Shown here in pieces: positions 23,714 to 38,700 of a stretch of 64,000 bases of DNA. How positions within the stretch are numbered: the first letter of the stretch is position 1; every line of letters begins with the position of its first letter. Location: assembly GCF_964355755.1 (NCBI RefSeq), contig NC_092670.1, positions 14,432,795-14,496,794 of the forward strand, in the 5' to 3' direction. Origin of the DNA: Antedon mediterranea. Taxonomy: Eukaryota; Animalia; Echinodermata. The translations under genes were made by a program, and so were the position numbers. The notes below the pieces were generated by a model. The model made no database searches, was not told the origin of the DNA, and saw nothing but the letters and a program-made list of their open reading frames with translations.

Positions 23714-26700
23714 CTATCTCCGTTTGCCACATTCCATTTCGTCGCTTCCATCAGTACAGTCATCATAGTTATCACATACGTTGTAATTTGGTATACAGTA
23801 GTTATCACTTTTACACTGGAACTCGTAAGTACCACAAAGGCCAACTAAAAAAAAAAAAAAAATTAAGTAGTGGTAAAATACCGTCGGAATACAGAAGTAG
23901 GGAAGAAGTAGGCCTATATCGATTACACGAAAAGTAATAGGGAGATTGAATGTATTCACTTCACGATTAACATAAAAGAGTCTATTGGTGTTAAACAGAA
24001 AGTTCGGCCTAAATTGGTAAAAATAAAAAAATCTCAAAGAAATGTCCTACCACTGCAATCTTGTTCATCGTTAAAATATGTGCAGTCGTCAATGTTATCA
24101 CAAACATAAGATAATGGAATGCAAGTGGTTTCATTAGCACATCGGAAAAAATCTCCAGGACACCCATCGTCTGAAATAAAATGAATGTGAACAACATTTT
24201 AAAAAGGAGTTTAGTGATGTCCTAATAGGACGCAACGCAAAGACAATTAAACGCATCGTAGGTAATTTGACCAATCACGAAGCGATAGATCATCCGACGT
24301 GTCGCTTGTGATTGGTCAACTGCGTTGCGCTTACGTCGTTGCGTTGCAAAAGGCACCAAACTTACATATTATCGATCTTCTTTTTCATTAAACATAATTA
24401 TTGTTTTCTAAATTTGGTTTATTTTTCAATTCATGCTTGATTGTTTAGCTCTTTTTTACCGTGACTGATTAAATGAATAACAGTAATATTATAATACTGT
24501 AGTAATTCTATATATCCTAGTCTATATAATTGATATGATAAATAAATAGTACAGTAAAAGATGAAATGATAATAGAAATAAGTAACTATGCATAACAATG
24601 ATGCAAATCAGGCAAAATAATAATCTACTCAAAAACAGGTGAACAACTTTGAAAAGGACACTAATTTATGCAAATTATTTAAAATTGATGGTTCTTCTGA
24701 TTACTTCGTCAATGATCAAATTTTCTGAAATATTTTACATTATTTTCTAAAATTTAATAATAAAAATTGCTACGTTACGTAGGCCTACATTTTAAAAATG
24801 ATATGCAAATATTAATGGAGTGTTCCATTTATTTACAAGGTATGTTTTTTTAGAAAAATTACAATTAATCCAAATGAGTAGAAAAATACTACAATTTATA
24901 TATGACTTTTTGGTTGTGTAATTTCATAGCCATTTCCGGTATTGAGTAGACCACGCTAACAAAAATACGCACCACACGAGAGTTCGTCCTCAGCATTAAG
25001 ACAATTTTCAATACCGTCACAAACTTGATAAGACCCCAGGCATGCGCCTGTGTCGCTGCATATGTATTGCAAATCGGTGCATGCTGGGTAAGTCAGACGA
25101 AATTATTAGCAAAAGAAAACAAAAACGAACGAAAACAAATGGACAGAAAACAAGACTGTTTTAGTGCAACGTAAGTTTAACAAGTTGTGTTTTGGTATAC
25201 TGTAATCTTTACAATTTGAGTATTTCATCATAAGTATCCCGAGATATAGCCTGAACAGTGAACTATGTCATATTTTGGTTACTGATTGAGCTTTCATTTT
25301 CACGAAGCGGGCCACTCGAATACTCGAGTACAAAAATAATCTTGTGCATGTTCAAAAACATATAAGCTTGTGCAGAAAGATTGCTTTGCTCTGAAATATT
25401 ATTAAACGCTTTGTTTTACGTTGCAAAAATAGGTCTTGTTTTCATGGTAAGGTATAATGGTATGGTATGCTTCTAATTAAAAGAAAATACAACAAAATGC
25501 ATGCATGATGGACGCTTTAAAAATAATTCTGACCATGCAGCAAACTAAAAATGCATGTAGTTTCTGCACATTACTGTAAATGTACCTTTACTGTAAAATA
25601 ATATATTTACTTTATAAGAATACTGTATGGATACTGTGCATGCAAATAATAATCTCATCCCACAAGAGCAATCAAACGCATTGTGTCGGACTCCACTTTT
25701 AAACACACAGTTGCGTCTGGCACAATGGGCACGATATTTTTGTGAAACATGCCTTACTGTCAAGTAATTAACCATAAAGACAAAACAAATTTAACTCAAA
25801 TACAATTTAAATAATATTTTCCGGATCTAGTTTTCATAGAAAGTTATGAAGCACTAATTGAGACATAAACAGTCTATAATACACATTGTATACATTTTCA
25901 AATGCATTGTAATATCTCAATAGCGCTTCATTAAACTTTAACATAATTTATTAGTAATTAGTTGACTAAATGCACATGCAATAATATGAAAACTTACAGC
26001 AATTTGATTCGTCGGAATTATCTAAACAATCTGAATGGCTGTCACAAGTATATTCAAATAGAATACATTTACCATCGCCACACTGGTAGTAGTCGTCTTC
26101 GTAACACTCTAATAGTAAGCATGAAAATTGGGAAATTAGTACTTTATAGGATATGTTGCAAGCACTATCTATGAAGATATGATAATATTAACTGATTTAA
26201 TGTTGTTGATTAAAATTGTGTTGGCTATAAATTAAATACCAATGTGACTGACAGGAAGTTGATTTTGGGGATGGCGGGAAGTGTATTCAACTGGGGATGA
26301 TGGGAAGTTTATTCTACTGTGATGATGAGAAACAGTTACACCGAGAGATGATGGGAATTTGATGCTACTGTAGGGTGATGGGAACATAATGTTATATATA
26401 AGATGATTAGAAGGATTATATATACAATTATAATATAGAATGTTTTATTATTTTGGTAATCTGTTGAAAAAATATAGGAAATTAGACATATCTGGTATAG
26501 TCTTTACCGTACTACAGTATATGTTAATTAAAATCATGGTTATTATAATGTGAGAGAGATGATAAACTAGACAGTTTCTTTGTTGAAAAACCAACAGTTC
26601 TAAATCCATCCTTTTTTTTAAAATATCATTTAGCTTTCGATTTGCTACGTCACAAATCGAAAGCTCCCTATTATTATCCTTGACTTAGGTCACTAAAAAC

Positions 26701-29700
26701 TATGTAAAGTATTTAATTATACTAAAGCAAGTTTAGAACTTACTGCCATCTGGCGCTAAACACTCAACAGTTGGAAAGTCATCACATGTAACAGGCGTAG
26801 TGTAATTCAGTTCATTCCTTAGCGTTGAAAATGCTGCTGGACATGAGACGGCAACATCAATACAATGATCTATACATGGTTTATATCCATAACCATCACA
26901 TTCGGGAAAGACCAAGTTACACATTAATAACATCAGGTCTTCGTGACAATCCCAGTGTTGGGTAAGCTGTCGAATAGCTTGATCGGCGATCTCAACTGTC
27001 TGGGCGAAACTATTTGGAAAAGCGGCATAGTCGTAAGGAAGGTAGCTGCTACAAAACGTGTTGTTTATATGATGGCACAGAAATGATCCTATTAAAGAAA
27101 ACAAATCTGTTAGTTTCATAGGTAGATAATCAACTTCATTTTAAACCGATAAGTGAGGTAAACATCGTATTCAACAGAATTCCATTAAAATGCCATTTGG
27201 TGGTATTCTAAATTTTAAAACATAGGAAATATTTAAGAATTAACAAACCTGTATCGTCACACGTAGCGGCCGACTCGTCAGAATCGTCTGAACAATCGAC
27301 CAACCCATCACATTTATAATCGTCTTGTATACAGTGTTGATTGTTGTCGCAAAGAAAACCACCACAATAACCTGTACGGTACAAAATTTGTAAGCAGTTA
27401 GTGGAAATAGCTGTGGTCATCTGATCTGCGATAACTTAACCACATAAGTGGAACTGACCACTGACACTGAACACCAGGGGAAATGACTACCAGTGAAGCT
27501 AATCTGTCTTCAACATTCAATTTGGCTAAAACGGTCTTACCTGGTGCTCCCAAACAATTTTCATCTGTTAAAGCAAGACATGAGATTTCAAATAAACCGT
27601 TATTCTGTGTTACAGCTCCAAATTCTTCAGCACACGTTGCAGTGACGTCCTGGCACAACGATTCACACGGGCTCAGAAAAGTTGATAGGTCATCTTCACA
27701 TTCTTGATAAACAAGTGGACAGATCAGTCTAAATATAGAAAAAAAATGTCAACATAACAAAAACTTGGCGTATCAAAATGGGATGTTATGGGCAGATCTA
27801 TCTATAGAAGGAACGTCTACCCACACTTAACAATGTTAAGTTGAATTTAATTGTTGTGAATGTGTTTTGTCTTCTTGCACTAGAGTATAAGAGTGATATA
27901 GTATTTTACGAAATATATAATATAACCAACCAACCTCATCGAATCTTGATGACAATCCGCCTCAGCATTGAATTCAGCTATTAGTGCTTCGGCGTCCTCT
28001 GGAGTACTTGCATATGTGTTTGGAAAAAGCACCATGTTCGAAGGAAGAAAACCATCGCAAATTTGGCTTGTTACATTATAACATCGTGCCGGAAGTACTG
28101 GCGGAACTACAATACATCAATAAACACTAATTGTGAGTATTAGAGTTACTCAGAATCATCTGATAAATAAACATACAACACACTGTATTCTAAAGGGTTT
28201 CTTTGAATCTCCTACAACCAAACATCACAGAATGGACTGGAAAATCCTTCTCAGAAAGACTGGTAAAATGTGCGAAGCGACCCATGACCCAGTGACCGTA
28301 ACCAAACAAGAATTGAGTTCTTTACTGTTCTACATCGTGTAACAACAAATATTTTGGATCCAACAGCTTGAAATATGAACTATACTTTTTAGGTGTCTGG
28401 TTATGTTTTAGACTAGATTGTAATTGAATAGTAATTACCTGTAACCTCTGGGCAGTTTTGTTCATCTGAGCCATCTTCGCAATCAAGATCCTCATCACAT
28501 TCATAAGCTGCTTCAATACAGTGACCACTTCCACACGTAAATTTATCCACACCACATACTCCTATACGATAAAATTAACAAAAAAAAATAGTATAACGTT
28601 TATAAGATCTATATAAAGAGGCCTCCTCTGAATAAATACGTCAATCACCGTGGAGCCGTAAACTTACAGATTTTGCAGATGCAATCGGGTTCGCAATAGC
28701 TAAAATACGTAGGCCTACTCTTATCTATCGAATGTTTTTTTCACAACCACGGTGACCAAGGTTTCTAGTTGTGTGATATTTAACTAATTACGGATGTACA
28801 TGTGTTCTCTTGTTTTGTGAGCGGGTTTGTGTGCGCACACTGGTGTACTGTATGTATTTATTTGTAAACAAATTCAAACTAACTCACTTGGTCCGTCCGT
28901 AAATCCATTTTGACAATTGTCTTCGTCTGCTCCATTTCGACAATCAGGCGTACCGTCGCAGAAGTAAGATGACACAATACATATTCCGTCTCCACAATCA
29001 AATTGATTTGAAAGGCAATCTAAAAGTAATGTAATTGACAATACAGAGTCATTACATAAAAAGAAACTACATACTACTTATACTATTAGGGAGCAGAGGT
29101 TGAGATTTTTCCTCTCCGTTACCACTGTCTAAAGTAGGCCTACCTCGGGTAATGCAACGGTATCAGTTTTAATCACGAACTTTACAATAGTTCATTCTGT
29201 AAACTCATTTATAGACATCAATTAATTACGTTGAAATTCGAATACAGCTTTTTGTGAGGTAAACATTATATTGATAATAATACATACCACAATTCTGTTC
29301 ATCAGATCCATCTAAACAATCATAGTCGCCGTCACACAACCATCCATCATAAACACAGTCACCCATACCACAGGTAAATTCATCATCAGAACAACCTAAA
29401 ACAAGTTATCATATCATATAAAATCAATATAAAATTATATTAAAACAATTTGACAAATTTATAAAGATGCGAGTGCTTATCATTTTGGTTACCATATTAC
29501 ACACAAACATGATATTCAGGACAAGAACAAATTATTGCATTGTAATAAATATTAAAACCGATCAGCACCTCTGGTGAAACACTCCCTTGAGGGAAATACA
29601 AATAATTTCTCTTTACTTGTGATGCTGTTGTTATATCAAAGTTATAATAGTAATATTTTGCAAGCCGATATCTGTCAGAAAAGCAGCCAATTTGATGACG

Positions 29701-32700
29701 ATTCTTAGTTCAACCAATCAAAATACATTACTATATTTACGCTTACCACACATAAGTTCGTCTGAATTGTCCCTACAATCATTATGTCCGTCACACTGCC
29801 AATCTTTGTTTATACAAGGTCCATTTGAACATCCGAACTCCTCATCTGTACAAATTCTGTATTGAGGGGTTCCTTTTACAGTAGAAAACATGACATTATA
29901 AATGGGATCTAGAAATGGCAAAAAATCGGTGGCTGGAACAATATATGAGCAATTTGTTGAGACAGAGTAAACCAAAGAGTATGCATAATATAATTGTATT
30001 AAAATAAACTTACCACCACCAAGAACAAGATTGATAAAATCTATATATGTGGGCACTCTTGTGTAAATTCCTGGTGAATTTGGTAGAGCACATTCTACTC
30101 CGTTACTCACTATACCGTAGACATTCCATACACCGTTAGGGTTTTGGCAAACAAGTGGACCACCGCTGTCACCCTGTAGGATAAAACACCACATTATTAT
30201 ATATTCATTAATTATTCACGGATATTGTATTAGTAAGTGAAATCACGAAATTAATAAATTATGAAGTGACAAATTCCGTACAATTTGGTTTATTTTATAT
30301 TCTTTTTCTTTTCGTCATGGAAATTATTTTTAAATTATTTCTTTGTGGTTTCAAACTCCAAAATAGAGCTTTATATTATGTTCATGGCGGCTAGAATCAG
30401 TTGGTGGTAGAATATGTATATATATATATATATTTATACAGCTCACTATGTCGGTCGGTTGGTCTGTCGGTTGGTCGGTAAACACCAACTTGAGCACGCG
30501 ACTGCAGCCAAGTATATGGCCTTGTTTTTGAAAAGAAGTGGCTATGCACCGACACTCAACTTCTGGCAGGTGTATCATCAGCTTCAGAAAATAAACTGCA
30601 ACAAATCAGACCCATATCCATTACACCAATTTTTGTACGCATGTTAGAACACTTTGTCTCGTCATGGATAAAACCCAAGATCACGCCTAAATTAGACGAA
30701 ATGCAATTTGGAAATCGCACAGGAGCGTCTACAAGTCACTATCTTACTAGCATGTTACACTATTTACTTCAAGGTCTTGATAAACCTGGACACGAAGCAA
30801 CGGTTATTGCAGTTGATTTTCGTAAAGCGTTTGACCTAATTGATCATACAATCGCTGTCAAGAAGTTAATTGATATTGGAGTTCAACCTGAATTGATGCC
30901 GTGGATTTGTGATTTTCTGAGCGAACGTAAACAGAGAGTGAAACTCAATGGCGGTTTTTCAAACTGGCAAGGAATAACTTGCGGAGTTCCTCAGGGGACG
31001 AAACTGGGTCCCTTAATTTTCCAAGTAATGGTTAACAGTTCGCTTAGAGAATTCCCAAATCGGTGGAAGTATGTAGATGATTTGTCAATATGTGAAGTTC
31101 ACAACAAGAAAACCCCGCCTAATGTTCAAGATCAATTAAACGAACTATCACAATGGACCAAAGACAATAATATGATAATTAATATTGAAAAAACTAACTT
31201 TATGAACATTTCTTTTGCCAAATCTCAACCCATTGTTAAATCATTTACGATAAATAATATAAAAATAACCAATGTTGAATGCTTAAAGTTACTTGGGGTT
31301 CAGATCACTAATGATCTGAAATGGAATATGCATATCCACGATGTTGTTAATAGAGCCAGTAAGAGATTACATATGTTGACATGTTTAAAAAGATTTGGAA
31401 TGCCTTGTAACCATCTGCGTCAAATGTATATTAGCCACATAAGACCTGTAACTGAATATGCGTGTCCGGTATGGCACTCTGCTTTAACCATAACACAATC
31501 CATGGAGCTTGAATCTATACAGAAACGCGCATGTAGAATAATTCTCGGACAAAAATATGCATCCTATGATCAAGCAATTAAACTACTTAATCTTAAATTT
31601 TTAGATCAAAGAAGAGAAGATATTCTTCTTGATTTTGCTAAAAATCTTAACAAAATCGTTCCTAACGCACTTCCTAAATTGAGAGGCGAAACGTGTGGCA
31701 GGATACTTAAGAAGAAAAGTGAAATATATGGCAATACTAAAAGATTCAACAACTCATGTTTCCCAGCACTGTGTAGACTAATTAATAAACCAAAATAAAC
31801 ACAACAATAATAATAATAATAAGTAATAAGTACTTTCATCAGTTTCTTCCATGTGTAATATCTCCTTTTTAAAAATATTTTTTTTAACTTTTTAACTTTT
31901 TAATGTTGTAAATTTTGATGTTTGAAAGCTTGTACCAATTTTATATGTAAATCTCTCGCAATTCAGTTTTATTTTATATATACTGCAAAGAGAAATATTG
32001 AATAAAAGCAGAATGAATGAAGCCTATACAAAATCTATAGTCACATGGTAATAAATGGTAAATCTGATATACCTGACAAGCATCTTTCCCGCCTTCTGGA
32101 AACCCAGCACACACGACACGTTCGTCGATTGAGATTCCAATGGAAGCGAAACGCGTGGCACAAGTATTAAGATCCACCAACGGAAGACTAACCTCTTGAA
32201 GAACATCGGGTAATTTACCTAGAAAATTACATATTATAATTAGTTCTTTTTTAGAAATAGCAAATAAGTGATCCCCAGACAATGTTGATCATCGCTAATA
32301 TTGGATTATATTTAAACCTACCATTTCCTGTCAGGTCACCCCATCCAGATATGTAACAGAATTGGCCGGCCTGGAACTGAGTTGCATTGGTGGAGACACA
32401 CGCTGGTCTTACATAATCTGTGTATTCTACCTGCCTCTCCAGTTTTAGAATAGCTATGTCATTCTCAAGTATCAAAGGGTTGTATTCTGGGTGGGCATAC
32501 GACTCTTTTATCCCGATCCTCTGCTCACCCGCAGTAGTTGCTGAAGATATAGTGGTAGTACCTAACACTGCAGTGTTGAACAGTCCACTACAAAGAAAAA
32601 AAGTTGACACATCAATTTATACAAGCAATTACATTAGTTGATCTAGGACATTGGTTGTTCTGGTCAGCTTCCACTCTCTTAATCAATTTACTTCTAAAAT

Positions 32701-35700
32701 CTTATCTGTTTCAATAATCCCTGTGGACCTTTTAGCCTCGTGCGACATTAGTAAACAGCACATTATTATATCCAAATAATTTGCACATTCATTCCCCATT
32801 CTACTTAAGTAGTAGAAATTAGACTAAATCACAGAACTTACAGACAATGTGCCGCAGTTACCACATACTGTGGCGCGATCAAAACAGCTCCACATTTATG
32901 AGAAGTGAATCGTTGTAGAGATATCATCCAAGGCCATTCACCCTCTGTGGCTGCTTGGCCACCAACTATTCTGGCCGATGCGGGTTGGTGCAATGGTCGA
33001 GTGCTGCATATGTCTTCATTGTATACAGCTGAAAGTAAAACAAACATTTAACCAAAATAATATAATATTGAAATTTTTGGAATAATTGTTTATAAATAAA
33101 TCAAATTTGTAGTATTACTTCTACTAAACCGTAAAGTGACATCTAATTTTCATAATATCGTGCAACGCGAGGTTGTAACTATAATTTGCGAGTGAAAACC
33201 AATCTGTGCAGTTTATAACCGTTTATTTCGGATTCAAATTCTGAGCGCTGCCCTTTTCGCAGCTTATTCCTACCTTTTCATGTGGTCAGATAATCCAACC
33301 TAAACTATCTACTTTACTACCAATCTGAACAAAATGTAACGCTGCGTTTGCACTTACAAGGCGGTCGATTAATAACCTGGCCTTCAGATGTAAAACATGG
33401 TTTAACCAGACTCGCTTCACCAAGAACAGTACAGTTTGTTATTTGCGACGTAATATTGGCCTCAACAGCTAGTAGAATCCCACTGTCGTCACTTGTGGTT
33501 ACGTCCTCGCAGAATGACTTACAAGGGAGCATCTGTGGCGTGGAATCGGTAGGGCAATCAGGGTAGACTTTACTGCAGAGATACAGAGCAGCGTCCGAAT
33601 TACACGATCCACCGAAGACGCTTAAAATCTCTTCTGCCTCGGCCTGGGATTTAGCAAGATCGTTTGGGAAGACAGCAGAATAGTACGGCAGATTCCTGCA
33701 ACAATCCGATGTTATGTTGAGACAAGTGAAAACTTCTTCTGCAGAATTTGTCACTACAATTAAAAAACAATTGCTTAGTTTTCGCTCTAATGCTAAACAG
33801 TAAAACTGAATAAACTATAAAGTAAATATTAGTAGACATACGTAGTCTACAGCTCATATACACCTTTGGATAAAGAGATAAAAATGTTGTGTTAAATAGA
33901 ATTTAAACATTAGATGCATTGATGTTATAATATAATAGATTTATAGGTATTTTGTGACCAATTTCCAAAAATGTGGTATGTGCATCTCCGAAACATATGA
34001 AGATGCGCATATATGAATAGGTTTCACCGCTCACGTCTGCCTCGCACTAACTCTTAATAATACAAAGCTATTCTCTAGTTAAATCATAATATCAATGTTT
34101 AAATAAGTAAGATAACTTACCGTCAATCACTGTAACGCTATCTTTCAATATATCCAGGTTTCCAAATAAGCCAATTTCTATGCCGTTCCTTACAGAATAG
34201 ACTACTTGACCGCTTATATACTCAGACAAAGACAGTTCATTTGTGCTGTTGTAGTATGCAGATGGTGCACTTGTGATGTATATTGTAAATAAAACAATGA
34301 TCGAACCAGATCTAGAAATATTTTAAAAGAAAATATATAAATATATATACATCTATAGCAAACGCTCATTTTTTGTACATTTTTAATTATAGAGGTATTC
34401 TGGCAAGCCTGTCTTCCGGTCCGCGCGGATCTACTGACGCAAAAAATCGTGCGAGGTTTTCGATGATCAATCTACAATCCCTGAACCTGACTGTTTGGCT
34501 ATTGTCAGGGATCAGCTCAGAGACTCGGGCATTCCGGACGGCGGCCAAATCTAGTCTACTCTCGCCGTTGGCAAACACAAGGCATTTGCCTTCTAGATTA
34601 GTCAACACATTGCAATGAGCTTTCCCTTCGCTGCTAGTCTCTAGTTTGAAAAGGGCACTCCCGACTACGGGCCCCCTACGGGCTTGTATGGTGTTTACTT
34701 ATTGAGGGGTATGAACAAACACTACCGTATTATTTACAATCATTTTGGTTTCATACTCATTGTGAAACTTACTTTAGTTCAGTGATGTCATTGCCAGCAT
34801 AAACAGGCTCCAGTTCTCCAAGTAGAACAGCACAATCAATCTAAATGGAATTAATTTGATTTTAAGAGTTATAGATGTAATACTGTATGATGTGGTTGAT
34901 CAGAATATTGTTGTTAAACGAAACAACAATATGCCATATATAATGTATGTAGGTAATTACAGTAGAAGATATTATTATGATGGCACATTCGAGAGGAGAC
35001 TGAAGTAGTTTGGTCGTACTGTTAAAAACATGTATTTAACCTCATTCGTTTCTCGGTAAAGTGTCACCTGAAAATAGGTGTTTTTCCTGAATTGTAAAGA
35101 TATCTAAACTGGGGGTGAATGAATTAAAAAGATTATTATTATTATAATATTAACAACTTACCCCAATTCTAACAGCTCTTACTAAATCATTGTAATCTTG
35201 AGAAGTCTTGTTATTCAGTGATTCTGGATAAGTTGAATTGATTACCATAGAACCGAAAACATGAATAGGCGCTGATGAATTTGCTGGAAATTCAGTCAGA
35301 CTGTTAGGGACCGATTGACCCTGATCTGTGCTTGAATACAACTCGGTGAATTCTTCTGTTGTTAATATCGTTGTCAATTGCTCTGTTGTAATGCCCACTG
35401 TTGTGAACATTTTCCGAGTTGTTTCTTGCTCCGTTGTAAGCTGCTCAGTAGTAGGTTCATCCGTGGTCTGTTTTAGTGTTGTTAATACTTCTGTTGTTTC
35501 TTCCAATGTTGTAGATTTATCTGTTGTATGCTGTAATGATGCAGATTCTTCTGTAGTTTGCATCGTTGTCACGACAGTTGTTGCTTCGTAAAGAGTGGTG
35601 GCTAGTAGGGTTGTGCTGTCGTGGACTGTTGTTTGTTCGTTTACTTCAGTAGTGAAGTCTTCTAATGTGGTCACCTCGGATTCTGTCGTAAGCGTGTCTT

Positions 35701-38700
35701 TTGTTGTCGATCCTTTCGTAGTTACTTCAATCGTTGTTTCGTCATACACAGTAGTGAGAACTTCGGTTGTAACCAGTTCATCTGCAACAGTTGTCAATGG
35801 TGGATTGGTCGTTGCTTCCTCTTTGGTACTACCGAATGTTGACATTTTACTGGTAGCTGGTCGAGTAGTAGTAGTTCTTGTAGTTTGTGGAATGTTTGTT
35901 GTAATTATTTTAGACGTCGCATCGTCTTCAGTTGTTGTCAAGATGACTGCTTTCGTAGATAACGGTCTGGATGAGGTTGGTTTAGACGTAACGGGTTGAA
36001 TGTCAACACGGACTGCAATAACAAAAATATAAGTGATGGCTAGACACGAGTTAACTACCATTACCAAACACATGGAACTTATTAATAAAGTGTTTTTCTT
36101 TTTTTTTTCTTTTTTTCGAAAAATCATTCAATTACGATTCAGCGTCAGAATGATAACGTAAAGAATGATTGCTTAAAAAGATTATTTATAATCTTACCAT
36201 CATTAATTGACGTTGAATCTTCTTTGGCATTCAGTTCTGCATTTAACGTTGAATTTGAGTCGGCTACAGCATCATTTATGACTTCAGTAATATCTTTTTC
36301 TATGTTGTTACCAAGTTCTTCGGAACCAGCGTTTTCATCAAGATGAGGTGGAATGTCATTAAAATTTAAATTAAAAAGAACAACTGTACTTCCGTTCCTG
36401 AAATCAAATGAAATTGATTAATACTTATTTGATCTATGGTTATTATGACAATATAGTACTAGTTTAGGACAACAGTAAAGAATGATTTCAATGGTGGTGG
36501 TAAAGCAACCATGGTTGTTTACCATCTATTGTGGTACTGTATTGGCACAAATGGTTCAGCAAATGGTTGTGGTTGTATGTATCGACTATGGCGGTGTTAG
36601 TGGTAGCAATGATGGTGGTGGTAGCAACAGTTATGGTGGCAGCAACGATGGTGGTTGTTGTTGCGGTAGAAATTACCGACGGTAATGGTAGCAACGATTA
36701 TTTTTAATTTATGGTATAAATGATGGTGGTATGAAGTAGTTCTGGTACTGTACCGGAACAATAATGACTTTCATGAATATAGTAAAATTAAGTTGATTTA
36801 TTATTAATACTGAATCAAAATGTCCTTGAGATTATGAGAAAAAGATTATTATCTTTATTACCTGAATTCTATAACCGTTGTACCAGCGTAAGTCGAGCTG
36901 TAATTACTTGTTAACATAACTTCATCCATCTAAAAAATAAATACATTATCATAAATAAAATTAGATACAACAGCAGTAATCCTAATGCCATTTAGAAATT
37001 AGTTGATGTTTTAGTTGCATCCCATTTGTTAAAAACATAAATTAAACGTGTAGGTTAAATCATTTATTTCCTAGGTTTCCAGTTAGGTATTTACTTTTAT
37101 TAGATTCATTAGGCCTACAAAGGTTTTAACAAGTATAAAATTGGGAAATTGTGGTTGTTTATAGAACGGGTGGGTTATTTATAAGTATCCATGTTTCTAC
37201 AAACAGTAGAGTCAAAGGTTAAAGGTTTTCCATCAAAGTTTATTCATGATTAAACATCCTTTAAATAATATATTTACACTGTATTGTAACGTGTAACCTT
37301 CTTGAACCCAAAGTAAGAGCTTGAACAAATAAAACATAGTACTTTACATTAGCATAAGTCTTGGTTTCCACTAGGAGGCAACGCCAGGACGTAAGCGCAA
37401 TTAGATTTGACTAACGTCAAGTGGATAATCCGAACTAATCGACTCGGGTGTGAATGGTCAACTCACTTACGTTGCGAGTACCTTTTCGTTGAGTCCACTC
37501 CAAGTGGGAACCAAGCTTAAACAACTAAAATACTTACTGCTTCAATAAAATCAATTTCTAATTGCTGATACTCGTCACTATTTGGATCATTATATTCTAT
37601 TAAAAAACTCTGTCCTAAACTCAGCTGTCCATCTACTGAAATACCTTCTACCAGCGGAGGCACTGAAAAAAGAATACAGTGTTAGTAGTAGGCCTATTAA
37701 AAAAATGTATCTGGATTTATTTTTAAAATGTAATATTTTAGGCTTCGGTCATTTTCTCACTTATATCCCTACAGTACTACTCTAGGCCTATACACACAGT
37801 CTTAAAGTAGAGAAATTATTTATTTAGACCGCAGGACTACATTTATTTATTTATTTTCCCTTTAAAATAGACCTGTGTAAGTTGTAAAATTAGCCTACAG
37901 AGTGATGTTTATTAAGTTTCTCCGGCACAAGAACTAATGTAACGTGTACAATATCACCCGCAGGACTATGAATTTCGGAAGAAAATATAGTGAGATAGCA
38001 AAGATGAAGAATGGCTTTTTAATACGATTCAATCATCATTACGAGCTTGATATTGAAAAGTACTGTATAGGCCTATAAAAAAGTATCACTGACAAACTTT
38101 CAAAATAAAAATCACTTACTTTTAGTTGCATTTGTTTTATCTTCATTTACTACAGTAGAAGAAAACATGAGTAGGTTAGTACAGTATGCCGCGTAGTATA
38201 ATTATTGATTGAAAATTTAAAAAATCACAAAGGGAATTGGCTCCTCCGAGTACAGTACATCGTACATCAACACAAATTCAGGCATTGGTCGTCAAAAATT
38301 GAGATATATAAATCCATGGCTTTATTAATAATGTACCTACTGTAACCATACAGAAAATATTAATTTGAATGTAGGAACTTTTCTGAATACTCTTCTACCA
38401 ATTAGGCCTACTTCGTATCCCATTTAATAATTTATTACCGTAATAAATAGAAATACATTTTTTTTAGATTCCCAAATTATCTTGGTAGGCTTATGACACC
38501 AAACGAAAGAAATGGATTAGTATATAATATTTGTAAACAAAATGTTCTTTTTATTTTATTTAAACATATGTTACAGTTCTTCTCTTTATCATTTTTTAAA
38601 TAAAAGATACTCAATATTTACTTTTACGTATTCTTATTGTTTAAAACGATAAAGAGAAGAAGGCATTTTCAATTATCGTATGATCTATATAGTCTGTGCA

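Noticed and set aside
24624-25870. Possible large DNA transposon in the long protease intron
   Set aside because: Only a weak inverted match (TCTACTCAA at 24624 and 24950); no definable ends, TSD or ORF.
27372-27540. Possible intronic snoRNA in a GC-richer protease intron
   Set aside because: No properly placed C/D or H/ACA boxes on the host strand.
35328-35999. Val/Ser-rich + strand ORFs
   Set aside because: Antisense shadows of the Thr-rich mucin exon.
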